NCBI GenBank assembly: GCA_025355465.1
Contig: JANXZO010000075.1
Span: 51,564 to 115,563, forward strand
Reading direction: 5' to 3'
Source of the DNA: Bacteroidales bacterium
GTDB lineage: Bacteria > Bacteroidota > Bacteroidia > Bacteroidales > FEN-979
DNA length: 64,000 bases
The notes beneath the pieces were generated by a model. The model saw only the letters and a program-made list of their open reading frames with translations, ran no database searches and was not told the origin of the DNA. Below, one piece after another: positions 27,665 through 37,287 of the stretch (position 1 is its first letter; every line of letters starts with the position of its first letter). The position numbers and the translations under genes are program-made.

Positions 27665-28232
27665 CCCACGAACTGCCAAAATTGCCTTATGCCATGGAAG
27701 CGCTGGAGCCCTTCATTTCGAAACGCACCATCGAATACCATTATGGCAAACATCATCAGGCTTATGTAAACAACCTGAACAAGCTGATCACCGGCACCGC
27801 ATTTGAAAATTCCTCCCTGGAGGATATCGTACGCACAGCCGCCGGCGGAATCTTCAATAACGGGGCCCAGGTGTGGAACCACACCTTCACTGGAACTGCC
27901 TCAAGCCGCAGGGCGGAGGGGATCCCACTGGCGCACTGGCCGAAGCCCTCGTGAAGAATTTCGGTTCAATATCCGAATTCAGGGAAAAATTCTCAACCTC
28001 CGCCGCCACCCTCTTTGGTTCGGGCTGGGCCTGGCTGATCAGAAAAGAGGATGGATCGCTGGAAATCGTTCAGGAGAGCAATGCAGGCAACCCGCTTAAA
28101 TATGGCGCCACCCCGTTGCTTACCTGCGATGTTTGGGAACATGCCTACTATCTCGACAAACAGAATGTACGGCCCGATTATATCGCCGACTTCTGGAAGC
28201 TGGTGGATTGGAACAGCGTAGCCGGAAGGTAA
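27661..28232 (+). pseudogene. sodB: Fe-type superoxide dismutase with a 1-nt deletion frameshift
   Basis: The N-terminal part is in frame from ATG 27661 (LPKLPYAMEALEPFISKRTIEYHYGKHH...AQVWNHTF). The canonical next residues YWNCLKPQGGG continue in the +1 frame: observed ttc-actggaactgcc around 27886-27900, where ttc-tac-tgg-aac-tgc is expected. The C-terminal part DVWEHAYYL is intact. Q in NGAQVWNH and A in SNAGNP suggest the Fe type. Confidence 0.85.
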
Positions 28233-28234
28233 CG

Positions 28235-28747
28235 TTAAAATTCAAAAGCCAGCCCTATTTTCGGCAGGAAATGAAACTGCTGGAAACTTGCTGCAGCAAA
28301 TACGCTCCACCTCAGGTTGGCGGCTTTGGTGTAGAATGACCAGCCAAAACGGGGGTCAATCACTGGTCCTTTGTCATCACCCCAGCTATCGCCGGTCCAG
28401 GTGCTCCATGAATAACCACCGCGGATAGCGATGTAAGTGTAGTGCGTTTTGGCTTCACTGATGTTGCGCAGGTTGAACCTGAGCTGTCCGTAAATGGTGA
28501 TGTTTTCTGTATTGTAGGTGGAAAGACCTGCCCCCAGCGAAAAGGTGTTGGAAAACTGGTATCCGTGGGTGGTAAACACCTCCAGCATCATCCGGGGATC
28601 GACGTTTTTAGGGAAAGTGGCGCCAACAGCTACTCCGGCATCGAAAAAATAGCCCTTGTTGTGAACGCTGTACGACTTTTTCTTTGCCTGGGCACCCGAT
28701 ACAACAAAACAAAAAAGCAATAGGAAAATGGTAGTCTTTGTCTTCAT
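28235..28747 (-). CDS. Small outer-membrane beta-barrel protein (hypothetical)
   Basis: ATG at 28747 (MKTKTTIFLLLFCFVVSGAQA). Alternating beta-strand pattern with a C-terminal F. Confidence 0.6.
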   Translation of the reverse strand: MKTKTTIFLLLFCFVVSGAQAKKKSYSVHNKGYFFDAGVAVGATFPKNVDPRMMLEVFTTHGYQFSNTFSLGAGLSTYNTENITIYGQLRFNLRNISEAKTHYTYIAIRGGYSWSTWTGDSWGDDKGPVIDPRFGWSFYTKAANLRWSVFAAASFQQFHFLPKIGLAFEF

Positions 28748-28758
28748 CCCGCACATAG

Positions 28759-29952
28759 CTAAATCAGTAAATGGAGCATACAATAGGTGTAAAAGTCCTG
28801 GCCAGCCTCCTTGTGGTCCTTGTTGGGGATGTCTACTTTCATGACATCACAGCCTGCCATTAAAAAGGCCTTGTAGGCGCTGTCGGTATTTTCGTAAGGA
28901 ACAATGGTGTCTTTGGTCGCATGCAGCAGGGTCACCTTTGCCCTGGGCTTCCAGTTGGTGATCTTTCCGTAAACGATCAGACTGTTTTTCTCCAGGGCCT
29001 TGAGGAACTTGACCGTGTTGGGATTTGTTCTGTCGAAGGCCTCCGGCGCCATGATATTGGTGAGTTTGGTCTCGTTCATCATGGCGGTAACCTCATCGGT
29101 GGTATGATTTTTCGAGAGGATCCACTCCTTGTACTTGGAATAAAGCGGCTCCTTAAACATCTTTTTCATGTCCAGGTCCAGGTTTTCTCCATAATCGATG
29201 CCCAGCACCAGTAAAGGGATGGTAACGGGTTGACTGCTGTAATCCTTCAGCACAAAGGTATCGTACGACTTTATCAGGTCGTAGGCGCCACCCCCTGCAA
29301 AAACCTGATCAATCACAAAGGCATCCTGGTATTCGGGGTTGGTCTCCACAAACCTCAGGAAACAAAGCGAGGCCTGGCCCCCCTGCGAATAGCCCATCAC
29401 GGTGACTTTGTGGGCCACCTTTCTGCTGATGGAGGCGAAATACTCTTTGGCAGCCAGCAGCATATCAGCCGAAACCTGGCCTGTGCTTACCACGTCGTAA
29501 TAGGGGTGCGTTTCTCCCTTTGTAGCGCCGTATCCGATATAATCGGGGGCCACCACCACATAGCCGAACAGCGTGAACAGCCCTTCGGTTACGGCCATCT
29601 TCTGCGAAGGAGCCTCATAGTTCGCCCCTAAGGTAAAATGCAACCCGAGGATGGTTCCCAGCCGCTCATAATTCACATCGGTAACCGGGTAAAAAATGGC
29701 GCCCGAGGCAAGGATGGGATTCCCCTTGGGGTCAACGGTGTTGTAAATGATGGAAACGACCCTGATTTTTTTGTTCGGCAAGGCTTTGTAAAGGGTGGAG
29801 TTCGGATTTTGTTTCAGTCGTTCCGCCAGCATGTATTTGTCGATAACCTCCGATTTTTCTACACTGACCAGGAAGAAAAATTCGTTCAGCGGTTCCTTCT
29901 TGCACGAATAAAGGCCAATGATAAGCAGGCAATAAAACAATGTCTTTTTCAT
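28759..29952 (-). CDS. Alpha/beta-hydrolase lipoprotein (secretory-lipase-like)
   Basis: Lipobox (IGLYSC) and nucleophile elbow GYSQGG. 397 aa. Confidence 0.7.
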   Translation of the reverse strand: MKKTLFYCLLIIGLYSCKKEPLNEFFFLVSVEKSEVIDKYMLAERLKQNPNSTLYKALPNKKIRVVSIIYNTVDPKGNPILASGAIFYPVTDVNYERLGTILGLHFTLGANYEAPSQKMAVTEGLFTLFGYVVVAPDYIGYGATKGETHPYYDVVSTGQVSADMLLAAKEYFASISRKVAHKVTVMGYSQGGQASLCFLRFVETNPEYQDAFVIDQVFAGGGAYDLIKSYDTFVLKDYSSQPVTIPLLVLGIDYGENLDLDMKKMFKEPLYSKYKEWILSKNHTTDEVTAMMNETKLTNIMAPEAFDRTNPNTVKFLKALEKNSLIVYGKITNWKPRAKVTLLHATKDTIVPYENTDSAYKAFLMAGCDVMKVDIPNKDHKEAGQDFYTYCMLHLLI

Positions 29953-29978
29953 GATCCGGTAGGGTATTTACGATCCAG

Positions 29979-30590
29979 TTAAAAAAGAAAGGCACAGGTA
30001 AGTTCGAGACCCTGCTGTTTCAGGGCGGCATAGTCTTCGGAATTGATCCGGTTCAGGTTCCAGCGGTATCTTCCTTCGATCTGGAATTTCCACAGGTCGA
30101 AGCCCAACCCTGCACTCACCCCGAAAAAGAATTTGTTGATGTTGCTCTTTACCCACGATTCGTCCTTGTCGAGCAGGTAGAAGATGTCTCCCTGATAATT
30201 GACAATGTAGGAGCCATAAATGTTTCCCAGGACATAGGGCCTGAAGATCTTGCTCAGCTGCAGCCCCACTTTAAAATTGACGGGAAGGTCGATGGTCTGG
30301 ATGGTGGTTATGCAATCTGTTACGTAGATCAGATCTACATCCGTGGTGGAATTGGTGAACACGAGTTCAGGTACCACGGAGTAGTTTACGAAGCCTCCTG
30401 TTTTGTACTGGAAAAGTACGCCAAAGGTCCAGCCCGATTTGGCATCGAAATCGGAATAGTAGCCTTTGCCATAGTTTTCGAGAGAAATGTAGTTAATCCC
30501 GGCCTTAATGCCGAATCTGTAGGGTCGTTGCTGGGCGAAGCCATTGCCCGTTGCCAGAACCACCAGTAGTATTGCGAGTATTTTTTTCAT
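29979..30590 (-). CDS. Outer-membrane beta-barrel (porin family) protein
   Basis: Signal peptide MKKILAILLVVLATGNGFA. Eight-strand-type alternating pattern with a C-terminal F. Confidence 0.65.
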   Translation of the reverse strand: MKKILAILLVVLATGNGFAQQRPYRFGIKAGINYISLENYGKGYYSDFDAKSGWTFGVLFQYKTGGFVNYSVVPELVFTNSTTDVDLIYVTDCITTIQTIDLPVNFKVGLQLSKIFRPYVLGNIYGSYIVNYQGDIFYLLDKDESWVKSNINKFFFGVSAGLGFDLWKFQIEGRYRWNLNRINSEDYAALKQQGLELTCAFLF

Positions 30591-30602
30591 ATCCCTGGGT
30601 CA

Positions 30603-32441
30603 TTATTCCACCGTTACACTTTTCGCAAGGTTTCTCGGTTGATCAACATTGCAGTTGCGCATCACGGCGATGTGGTAGGAGAGCATCTGAAGCGGCACGG
30701 TGGCCAGCAGCGGGATGAGCATCTCCTCCGAATCGGGTATCTCGATGTAGTGGTCGGCCAGCCGTTTCACCGATTCATCTCCTTCGGTGATGATGGCGAT
30801 GATCTTTCCTTTGCGGGCTTTCACCTCTTCGATGTTGGTGATCACCTTGTCGTAGATGCCGCGCCGCGTGGCAATGAACACCACCGGCATCAACTCGTCG
30901 ATGAGGGCGATGGGGCCATGTTTCATCTCGGCAGCAGGGTAACCCTCCGCATGGATGTAAGAGATCTCTTTTAGTTTCAGCGCTCCTTCCAGGGCAACCG
31001 GGAAGTTATATCCCCGCCCGAGGTAAAGGGAGTTCTTCACATCTTTATATATGTGTGCGATGGCCTTGATCTTGTCGTTCAGCTTGAGGATCCGCTCCAC
31101 CTTGGCAGGGATTGCATCAAGTTCAAAAAGCAGCTTGACGAATTCCGATTTGGGCAGGGTCCCTTTTTTCTGCGCAAGCAGGAGTCCGATGAGGGTGAGT
31201 ACTGCAACCTGGGCGGTGAAAGCCTTCGTGGAGGCGACCCCGATCTCGGGGCCGGCGTGGGTGTAAACCCCGGCGTGGGTAGCCCGGGCGATGGAGGAGC
31301 CCACAACATTGCAGATGCCCAGCACAGTGGCTCCCTTCGATTTGGCCAGGTCGATGGCCGCCAGGGTGTCGGCGGTCTCTCCTGATTGCGAAATGGCGAG
31401 TACCACATCATCTTCGTACAACACCGGATTGCGGTAGCGGAATTCGGAGGAGTACTCCACCTCCACCGGGATACGGGCCAGGTCTTCAATAAGGTATTCG
31501 CCCACCAGACCGGCATGCCACGAGGTGCCGCAAGCCGTGATGATGATCCGCTTGGCATTGATGATCTTTTGTTCGTAATCCTTGATGCCGCCCAGCGACA
31601 CGATCCCTTCGGCCACATGAATGCGGCCGCGCATCGAGTCGTAGATGGAACGCGGCTGCTCGTAGATCTCCTTGAGCATAAAGTGATCGAATCCTCCCTT
31701 CTCAATCTCGCTCAGACTCAGCTCCAGCTTCTGAATATAAGGCGTCTGCGACTGATTCCTGATGGTCTTGATCCTAAGATCATGGTCCCGCTCAATAATG
31801 GCGATCTCCTCATCGTTCAGGTAGACGACATTGTTGGTGTACTCCACAATGGGGGTGGCATCGGAGGCGACAAAAAATTCACCTTCGCCTACGCCGATCA
31901 CCATCGGGCTCCCCTTACGGGCGGCAATGATCTTATCGGGAAATTCACGGGCAATGATTACGATGGCATAGGCGCCGATCACCTGGTTGAGGGCGATGCG
32001 TACAGCCTCTTCAACAGCGACATTCTCGTTGCTGATGATGTCTTCGATGAGATGCACCAGCACCTCGGTGTCTGTTTCGCTGGCAAATTTATAACCGCGG
32101 TTGATCAGCTCACTTCTCAGCACGGCGTAGTTCTCGATGATGCCGTTGTGGATAATGGCCAGGGTCTTGTTTTGAGAAAAATGGGGATGGGCGTTGATGT
32201 AGTTGGGTTCGCCATGGGTGGCCCAGCGGGTGTGGGCCATGCCTACATTTCCCGACAGGTTCTTTCCGACCACGTACTCTTCGAGATCGGATACTTTTCC
32301 TTTACATTTATAAATGTTCAGGTCTTCGCTCAGGAGACACACCCCTGCGCTGTCATAACCCCTGTATTCGAGGCGGCGGAGTCCGCTGATGAGAATGGGA
32401 TAGGCATCCCTGGGACCTATATAGGCTACAATTCCACACAT
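30603..32441 (-). CDS. glmS: Glutamine--fructose-6-phosphate aminotransferase
   Basis: MCGIVAYIG N-terminal nucleophile Cys (ATG at 32441), two SIS domains, C-terminal KSVTVE. Confidence 0.95.
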   Translation of the reverse strand: MCGIVAYIGPRDAYPILISGLRRLEYRGYDSAGVCLLSEDLNIYKCKGKVSDLEEYVVGKNLSGNVGMAHTRWATHGEPNYINAHPHFSQNKTLAIIHNGIIENYAVLRSELINRGYKFASETDTEVLVHLIEDIISNENVAVEEAVRIALNQVIGAYAIVIIAREFPDKIIAARKGSPMVIGVGEGEFFVASDATPIVEYTNNVVYLNDEEIAIIERDHDLRIKTIRNQSQTPYIQKLELSLSEIEKGGFDHFMLKEIYEQPRSIYDSMRGRIHVAEGIVSLGGIKDYEQKIINAKRIIITACGTSWHAGLVGEYLIEDLARIPVEVEYSSEFRYRNPVLYEDDVVLAISQSGETADTLAAIDLAKSKGATVLGICNVVGSSIARATHAGVYTHAGPEIGVASTKAFTAQVAVLTLIGLLLAQKKGTLPKSEFVKLLFELDAIPAKVERILKLNDKIKAIAHIYKDVKNSLYLGRGYNFPVALEGALKLKEISYIHAEGYPAAEMKHGPIALIDELMPVVFIATRRGIYDKVITNIEEVKARKGKIIAIITEGDESVKRLADHYIEIPDSEEMLIPLLATVPLQMLSYHIAVMRNCNVDQPRNLAKSVTVE

Positions 32442-32532
32442 GGTGTTTAGATTTTTCAACCAAAGATATCGGAATATAATGGAAATGTCAAATAATAATT
32501 TTCTTCGCGAAGGTAAGTTTCGCAATGAAAAA

Positions 32533-33876
32533 TTATTTGAGCAGGGTGTAGGTCACCTTTAGTTTGAACCGTTCGGGAAACTGTGGACCGGTTCCGTTAA
32601 GCACGATCCTGTTCGGATAAAGCACGCTGCTGGTGGGGTTGTTTACCAGCATATACAAGTCGTATTTGCCGGTGTAATAGTTCGCTAGCACTTTCTGCAT
32701 GTAGCGGGTGATCCGGAAGAAATAGGTTCTTTTCGATTCGTTGTAGGTGCCCCCGAAATACTGCTCGCCTTCGTTGGAGTCGATCAGGAAGGCGATACGG
32801 CCGATACTGTCCTGCCGCACAATGGTGAGCGACGGCGGCGGTCCGTAGTTGGTATCGTTCTCGGCATTCTTGAACAGGATGAGTGCATCGTTGATGATGG
32901 CACGACCCTTTCCGAAGGTTTTCATGAAGGGAAAACGAAGCTTGATCTTCACGCCGGCCAGCCCCTGCAGAAACAACTTGTTGGCTCCCGCTGCGGAGTC
33001 GCGCGAGAGGATCTGGAGCTTCAGGTCCTGGCTTGCGTCCAGGTAGCTGTTGTGGTTGAGGTTCATAAACCGGGTGCAGCTGCTTGTGATCAGCATGTTG
33101 AAGCTGAGCGAATCTCTTGCGGGGTTTTCGCCGTCGTGGTAGTAAGCTACCAGCTGAGAGCTCCCGTCGCCGAGTTTGAAATTAAGCAGGGCGCCGCCGT
33201 AATTCACCGGGGTCGACTGGATGTAGAGCCCCCGCATGAAGTCCACAAAGGCCGAATTCAGGGCCAGTGCGCTCTTGGGCGCATAGAGGATCTTGTTGCC
33301 CAGGTAGTTTGTCATGTTGCTGAGGTTGATCCTCAGGTGGGCAGCCATCTTCTTGCCGCCTACTTTTACGCTGTCGGCCGGATGGGGCGTGAAATTCTGA
33401 TCTGCCAGCAGGGCAGGGTAGGTGTCGAGCCGTCGGTTGGAATAATAGGCCGTGTCGGGTTCAAGCTTCTGGCTGAGTTCCCACACCTTCACATTCTGCA
33501 GGGTGGTGGTGTCGCCGTAATGATCCTGGTAAAAGAGCATCAGCACCAGCGAGTCGAGTACCGGCCGCGGTCCGAAATCGGCGCCCAGCGAAGAGAGGAT
33601 GAACTGGGTGTAAAGGCTGGAGGTCGTCTTCCCGAAAACAGGGTCCATCATGCTGCCGAGGATCAGCGAGGAGGCACGGTCGGTGCGGATCGAATCGACG
33701 CGTACCGAGAAGGCTTCTACCGTACAGGTGTCGGTGGTAAGCACGTTGAGGGTATCGCTGGGAGGCAGCAGGTCGATGCCCAGTTCGTAGGGATCCTTTT
33801 TGCAGGCAAAAAGCGAGAGGATGAGCAGGATGCTGATCAGCAGAGAGGCCGGAAGGCAGGCAAAAATTGATTTCAA
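32533..33876 (-). CDS. DUF4270-like lipoprotein
   Basis: Lipoprotein signal (LSLFACKKD). As I recall, its position between glmS and the short GT5 'glycogen-synthase-like' gene matches the usual Bacteroidota synteny for DUF4270. Family assignment not verified. Confidence 0.6.
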   Translation of the reverse strand: MKSIFACLPASLLISILLILSLFACKKDPYELGIDLLPPSDTLNVLTTDTCTVEAFSVRVDSIRTDRASSLILGSMMDPVFGKTTSSLYTQFILSSLGADFGPRPVLDSLVLMLFYQDHYGDTTTLQNVKVWELSQKLEPDTAYYSNRRLDTYPALLADQNFTPHPADSVKVGGKKMAAHLRINLSNMTNYLGNKILYAPKSALALNSAFVDFMRGLYIQSTPVNYGGALLNFKLGDGSSQLVAYYHDGENPARDSLSFNMLITSSCTRFMNLNHNSYLDASQDLKLQILSRDSAAGANKLFLQGLAGVKIKLRFPFMKTFGKGRAIINDALILFKNAENDTNYGPPPSLTIVRQDSIGRIAFLIDSNEGEQYFGGTYNESKRTYFFRITRYMQKVLANYYTGKYDLYMLVNNPTSSVLYPNRIVLNGTGPQFPERFKLKVTYTLLK

Positions 33877-33899
33877 GCAGGGATTATTTAGCAGTTCAG

Positions 33900-34727
33900 T
33901 TAATCAACAACAACCGGTTCGTTTACCAGCACCTCGTCGTAGAAGTCGTTGTAGGCATCTACGTAACGGTCCATGGGCTGAAAGTCGAGGCAGGGCTTCT
34001 CGGTATCCTTGATGTATTTGATCAGCTCCGGGTTCACAGTGGGCGACCCGATGATCACACCGTCGGAGAAATCGATGGCTGCCTTAATTACATTAACGTA
34101 GTTTGGCGTCTTATAGTGTTTGAGGTCTTTCGCAGTGATCCCTTCGAGTTTCACCTTGGTGGCAAAATCCTTGTGCAGCGTCTCATCAAAATCATCATCG
34201 TAAATGGAATAGATCACCTTGGTTTCACTGAACAGGGGGTTGTCGCAGTAGGCACGCTTGATGTAAAGGGGCGTCAGACTGGTCATCCAGCCGTGGCAAT
34301 GCACAATGTCGGGGCCCCATCCCAGTTTCTTTACCGTTTCGAGCACCCCGCGCGAATAAAAGATCGCCCGTTCGTCGTTGTCGTTGAAAAATTTGTTGCT
34401 CTTGTCGTGAAGCGTGTACTTGCGCTGAAAGTAATCCTCGTTGTCGATAAAATAGATCTGCATGCGGGCCTGCTGAATGGAGGCCACTTTGATGATGAGC
34501 GGATGGTCGGTGTCGTCGATGATCAGGTTCATCCCCGAAAGGCGGATGACTTCGTGAAGCTGGTTTCTGCGTTCGTTGATGCTGCCGTAACGTGGCATAA
34601 ATGTGCGGATTTCCCTTCCCTTTTCCTGGATTCCCTGAGGGAGGTACCGGCCGATAATTCCCATGTGATTCTCTTTCAGATATGGAGTGATCTCCTGCGC
34701 AACAAACAAGATTTTGGCTTTTTCCAT
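33900..34727 (-). CDS. Glycogen/starch-synthase-like protein (GT5 N-terminal domain only)
   Basis: ATG at 34727 (MEKAKILFVAQEITPYLKE). Contains GGL-like region and HCHGWMTSL motifs typical of the GlgA N-terminal half. ~275 aa. Confidence 0.78.
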   Translation of the reverse strand: MEKAKILFVAQEITPYLKENHMGIIGRYLPQGIQEKGREIRTFMPRYGSINERRNQLHEVIRLSGMNLIIDDTDHPLIIKVASIQQARMQIYFIDNEDYFQRKYTLHDKSNKFFNDNDERAIFYSRGVLETVKKLGWGPDIVHCHGWMTSLTPLYIKRAYCDNPLFSETKVIYSIYDDDFDETLHKDFATKVKLEGITAKDLKHYKTPNYVNVIKAAIDFSDGVIIGSPTVNPELIKYIKDTEKPCLDFQPMDRYVDAYNDFYDEVLVNEPVVVD

Positions 34728-35099
34728 GTTTTTCCTCCCGATTTGGTCCCTATTTGAAATTCGCTGCAAAGATAGTAAAAATTTTTCAGATAATTTCCAA
34801 GCGAATAGTGTAAAATAATGACAGTTATTCGATTATAATTTACTATGAACCCGGATGAAAAAAAAATCGCGTTTCTGAGTTTACCTTTTGCCTCCTTTCC
34901 CGATTAAGCATCAAATATCATTTGTAAAGGAGGTTTCTGCACCATGGATTGAGTAAAAAAATGGAGCCGTTTTTGTTCGCAGCACAGCAGAAAACGGATC
35001 GGGTAACAGGGATGTGTTTCCGCAACATAACATTCCGCCGGCGGCTGCCGGGGGCATAAACAGGCAGCAAAGAAGTCAAAACAAAAAAAAACTGAAGTC

Positions 35100-35537
35100 A
35101 TGAAAAAAATTTACACATTGCTGATGGTCACCCTGGTGGCCTTTATGATCACTCCGTTAACCTCAGAAGCAAAGCCTTTCTGGATACATTTCAAAATCGG
35201 CATCTTAGCCAAATGGAACATTACACTGGGAAGCGAATGCGAATCGAGCTGGGGACTTTGTCTTGCCCTGGGCGACAACATGGGACCCAACTATTTCGGG
35301 TACGACGTTGATGTTGACCAGTTTGCCATAAAGATCCCCAAAACTTCACCCGAAGCGAAATATTTCTCCCAGCCCACCTACGAACTCAAAGAGGACTCCC
35401 CTGTTGATCCCAAGCTGGTAGGCAAGTTCACCGGGTTCAATGCCGGCGGCAAAACCCTCACCATCAAAAAGGGCAACTACAAAGTAACCGATACCGGCGA
35501 AGAGTATATCATTACATTTGCCCATACCTTGCGGTAA
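35100..35537 (+). CDS. Hypothetical secreted protein
   Basis: Signal peptide MKKIYTLLMVTLVAFMITPLTSEA. 145 aa, no recognisable motif. Confidence 0.5.
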   Translation: MKKIYTLLMVTLVAFMITPLTSEAKPFWIHFKIGILAKWNITLGSECESSWGLCLALGDNMGPNYFGYDVDVDQFAIKIPKTSPEAKYFSQPTYELKEDSPVDPKLVGKFTGFNAGGKTLTIKKGNYKVTDTGEEYIITFAHTLR

Positions 35538-35541
35538 GCGA

Positions 35542-35611
35542 GAGGGCACACACTGCCCTCCCCTCTGGATCATCTACCGTCCCCAAACCCCTCCCTGCTT
35601 GCAGGGAGGGG
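35542..35611 (+). terminator. Two GC-rich hairpins after the 35100-35537 gene
   Basis: Hairpin 1: GAGGGCA-cacac-TGCCCTC (35542-35560), starting 5 nt after the stop. Hairpin 2: CCCCTCCCTGC/GCAGGGAGGGG (35588-35611). Confidence 0.5.
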
Positions 35612-35658
35612 GCAGGGGGAGGGTAAAAGAGAGTAAATCACACCAAAAATCATCCATT

Positions 35659-36264
35659 ATGAAAAACAACATCATCATCCTCTGCCTGATTCTGCTGGTA
35701 ACCGCCGGCTGCCGGCAAATCGTTTTCTGGAAGTACGACATGCACGCACCGGCGCCTGAAACACCCCAGAGCCTGACAGCCTTTCTCGGGGAGATGAAAC
35801 AGCCCCTTGTCAACCAGTTCATCTTCAGCGACTCAGCCTCCTACCTTAAGTTCATATGGGACCCATTCTTCAGCAAACACCTGATGAACACGGTCTTCTA
35901 CAATGAGGCCGGCTTCCTGAAGGGGTATGTCGATACTGTCAAATGCCAGTGGTCGGGCGGATATTACATTGCCCGGCTGAAAAAGGACACGATTTTCACC
36001 CCCGATACCTCCAACCGCTATCAGTCGCTGCTGAAGGCCCTCATCCCCCTCGGCAGTACCGGTGAAGCCACCGACACCGGCAACTACGATTACACCCTCG
36101 TCGTGACCTGGGGAAAATTCATCGGAAAATACAACGAACGCCTGTTTGCCAATGACCTGGCGGTGAGACAAAACCTGCGGGTAAAGATCCGCATCCTCTA
36201 TGTCAACATCGATATGCAGGCTGCCTGGCACCTGCGCAAAGAGCAGATGCTCCTCTTTAAATAG
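35659..36264 (+). CDS. Hypothetical lipoprotein
   Basis: ATG at 35659 (MKNNIIILCLILLVTAGC, with a lipobox). The upstream part of the listed ORF covers the hairpin region. Confidence 0.55.
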   Translation: MKNNIIILCLILLVTAGCRQIVFWKYDMHAPAPETPQSLTAFLGEMKQPLVNQFIFSDSASYLKFIWDPFFSKHLMNTVFYNEAGFLKGYVDTVKCQWSGGYYIARLKKDTIFTPDTSNRYQSLLKALIPLGSTGEATDTGNYDYTLVVTWGKFIGKYNERLFANDLAVRQNLRVKIRILYVNIDMQAAWHLRKEQMLLFK

Positions 36265-37186
36265 TATCCTTCTGGGCTTGATCTGGGCCCTCCAGAGTAC
36301 AGGCGGAACCGCCGCACAGGAGCTGGTAAACCGCCATACTCTGGTGAAGGACCTGGGGATACTCTCCCGCCCAGGAACCACCAACATCAACCTCAGGATC
36401 TCTCAAACCCTGGGATATTCGGTGAACGGCATCATTACCCTGCTGGTCAACCGCAAGCAAACCGGACAGGTAAACCAGCTCTACCTGCAGCAGGAGCTCA
36501 AATACAGTGCTGTGGTGGAAGACAATGGCCGGTTCAGGATCACCAACACCCTGTCGCATAACCTCGGACTCCTCTTCCTCTTCGACAGCCTTACCCGGTT
36601 CCGCAACGATGAAACCACCCTCACCACCCGCCTCGATATCGCCCTTGGCCACCACGTTGCCTTTAACTTTACCTCCGCACTCTCCACCCGGCTCTTCAAC
36701 GATTACAGCACCCGGGTGACCGACAGCGGTAACCAGGTTCGCATCCTGAATTCGGGTTTCTTCACCCCCCTGCTGTGGCTCCTCTCCGCCGGATTTACCG
36801 GCACCGTGCACAAATGTGGGCGGATCATCCTGGGGCTCTCCTCCGCCAAGCTCACCTGGGTCCTTAACCGGCAGGTTTACCAGGCACAGGGTGTCGAAAC
36901 CTTCTTCGGGGCCCCGCAGCCGAAAGGATACCTGCTCGAATACGGACTGGCCTTGCAACTGCTCATCGACAAAGACCTGTTTCGCCGGGTCCACTGGAAC
37001 TGCGATATCCTGGTGTTTAAAAATTACCTGAAACCGGTAGACCTCACCCTGAAGAACATCTTCACCGTTACCATCAATAAGTTCCTGCAAACCAACATCC
37101 AAACCCGCATATTCTACGAGGAGGAGGTGAGCCGGTCGCTGCAGCTGGAGAACCTGGTTTCGCTCGGCTTTTATTTTAATCTGTGA
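36200..37186 (+). CDS. Putative outer-membrane beta-barrel protein; start uncertain
   Basis: Beta-strand-like sequence ends in SLGFYFNL. It is more protein-like than the 323-aa antisense ORF. The only ATG (36200) overlaps the upstream gene by 65 nt. A signal-like ILLGLIWALQSTGG follows, so the true start may be a non-ATG codon near 36270-36285. Confidence 0.45.
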   Translation: MSTSICRLPGTCAKSRCSSLNSILLGLIWALQSTGGTAAQELVNRHTLVKDLGILSRPGTTNINLRISQTLGYSVNGIITLLVNRKQTGQVNQLYLQQELKYSAVVEDNGRFRITNTLSHNLGLLFLFDSLTRFRNDETTLTTRLDIALGHHVAFNFTSALSTRLFNDYSTRVTDSGNQVRILNSGFFTPLLWLLSAGFTGTVHKCGRIILGLSSAKLTWVLNRQVYQAQGVETFFGAPQPKGYLLEYGLALQLLIDKDLFRRVHWNCDILVFKNYLKPVDLTLKNIFTVTINKFLQTNIQTRIFYEEEVSRSLQLENLVSLGFYFNL

Positions 37187-37287
37187 TCTGTGAATAAATT
37201 CACAGACTATGGTTGAGAGAATGGGCAAAATTGATAATTTTGCGGTCGCTCAGCGCAACCATGTTCATTTACTCAATCCTTACTGCC

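Noticed and set aside
32442-32532. The glmS 5' region was checked for a glmS ribozyme.
   Set aside because: Only ~90 nt of AT-rich leader is available and no conserved core was recognised. The ribozyme is characteristic of Firmicutes and related groups, not of this kind of genome.
31386-34757. Long plus-strand ORFs at 31386-32450, 33052-33870 and 33867-34757.
   Set aside because: They are antisense shadows of glmS, the DUF4270-like gene and the GT5 gene, all of which carry clear family motifs.
36257-37228. 323-aa minus-strand ORF opposite the 36200-37186 ORF.
   Set aside because: The sequence is G/E/Q/P-rich and not protein-like. The plus-strand product has a beta-barrel-like pattern and an aromatic C-terminus, so the plus strand was preferred. 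Confidence in that choice is only moderate.
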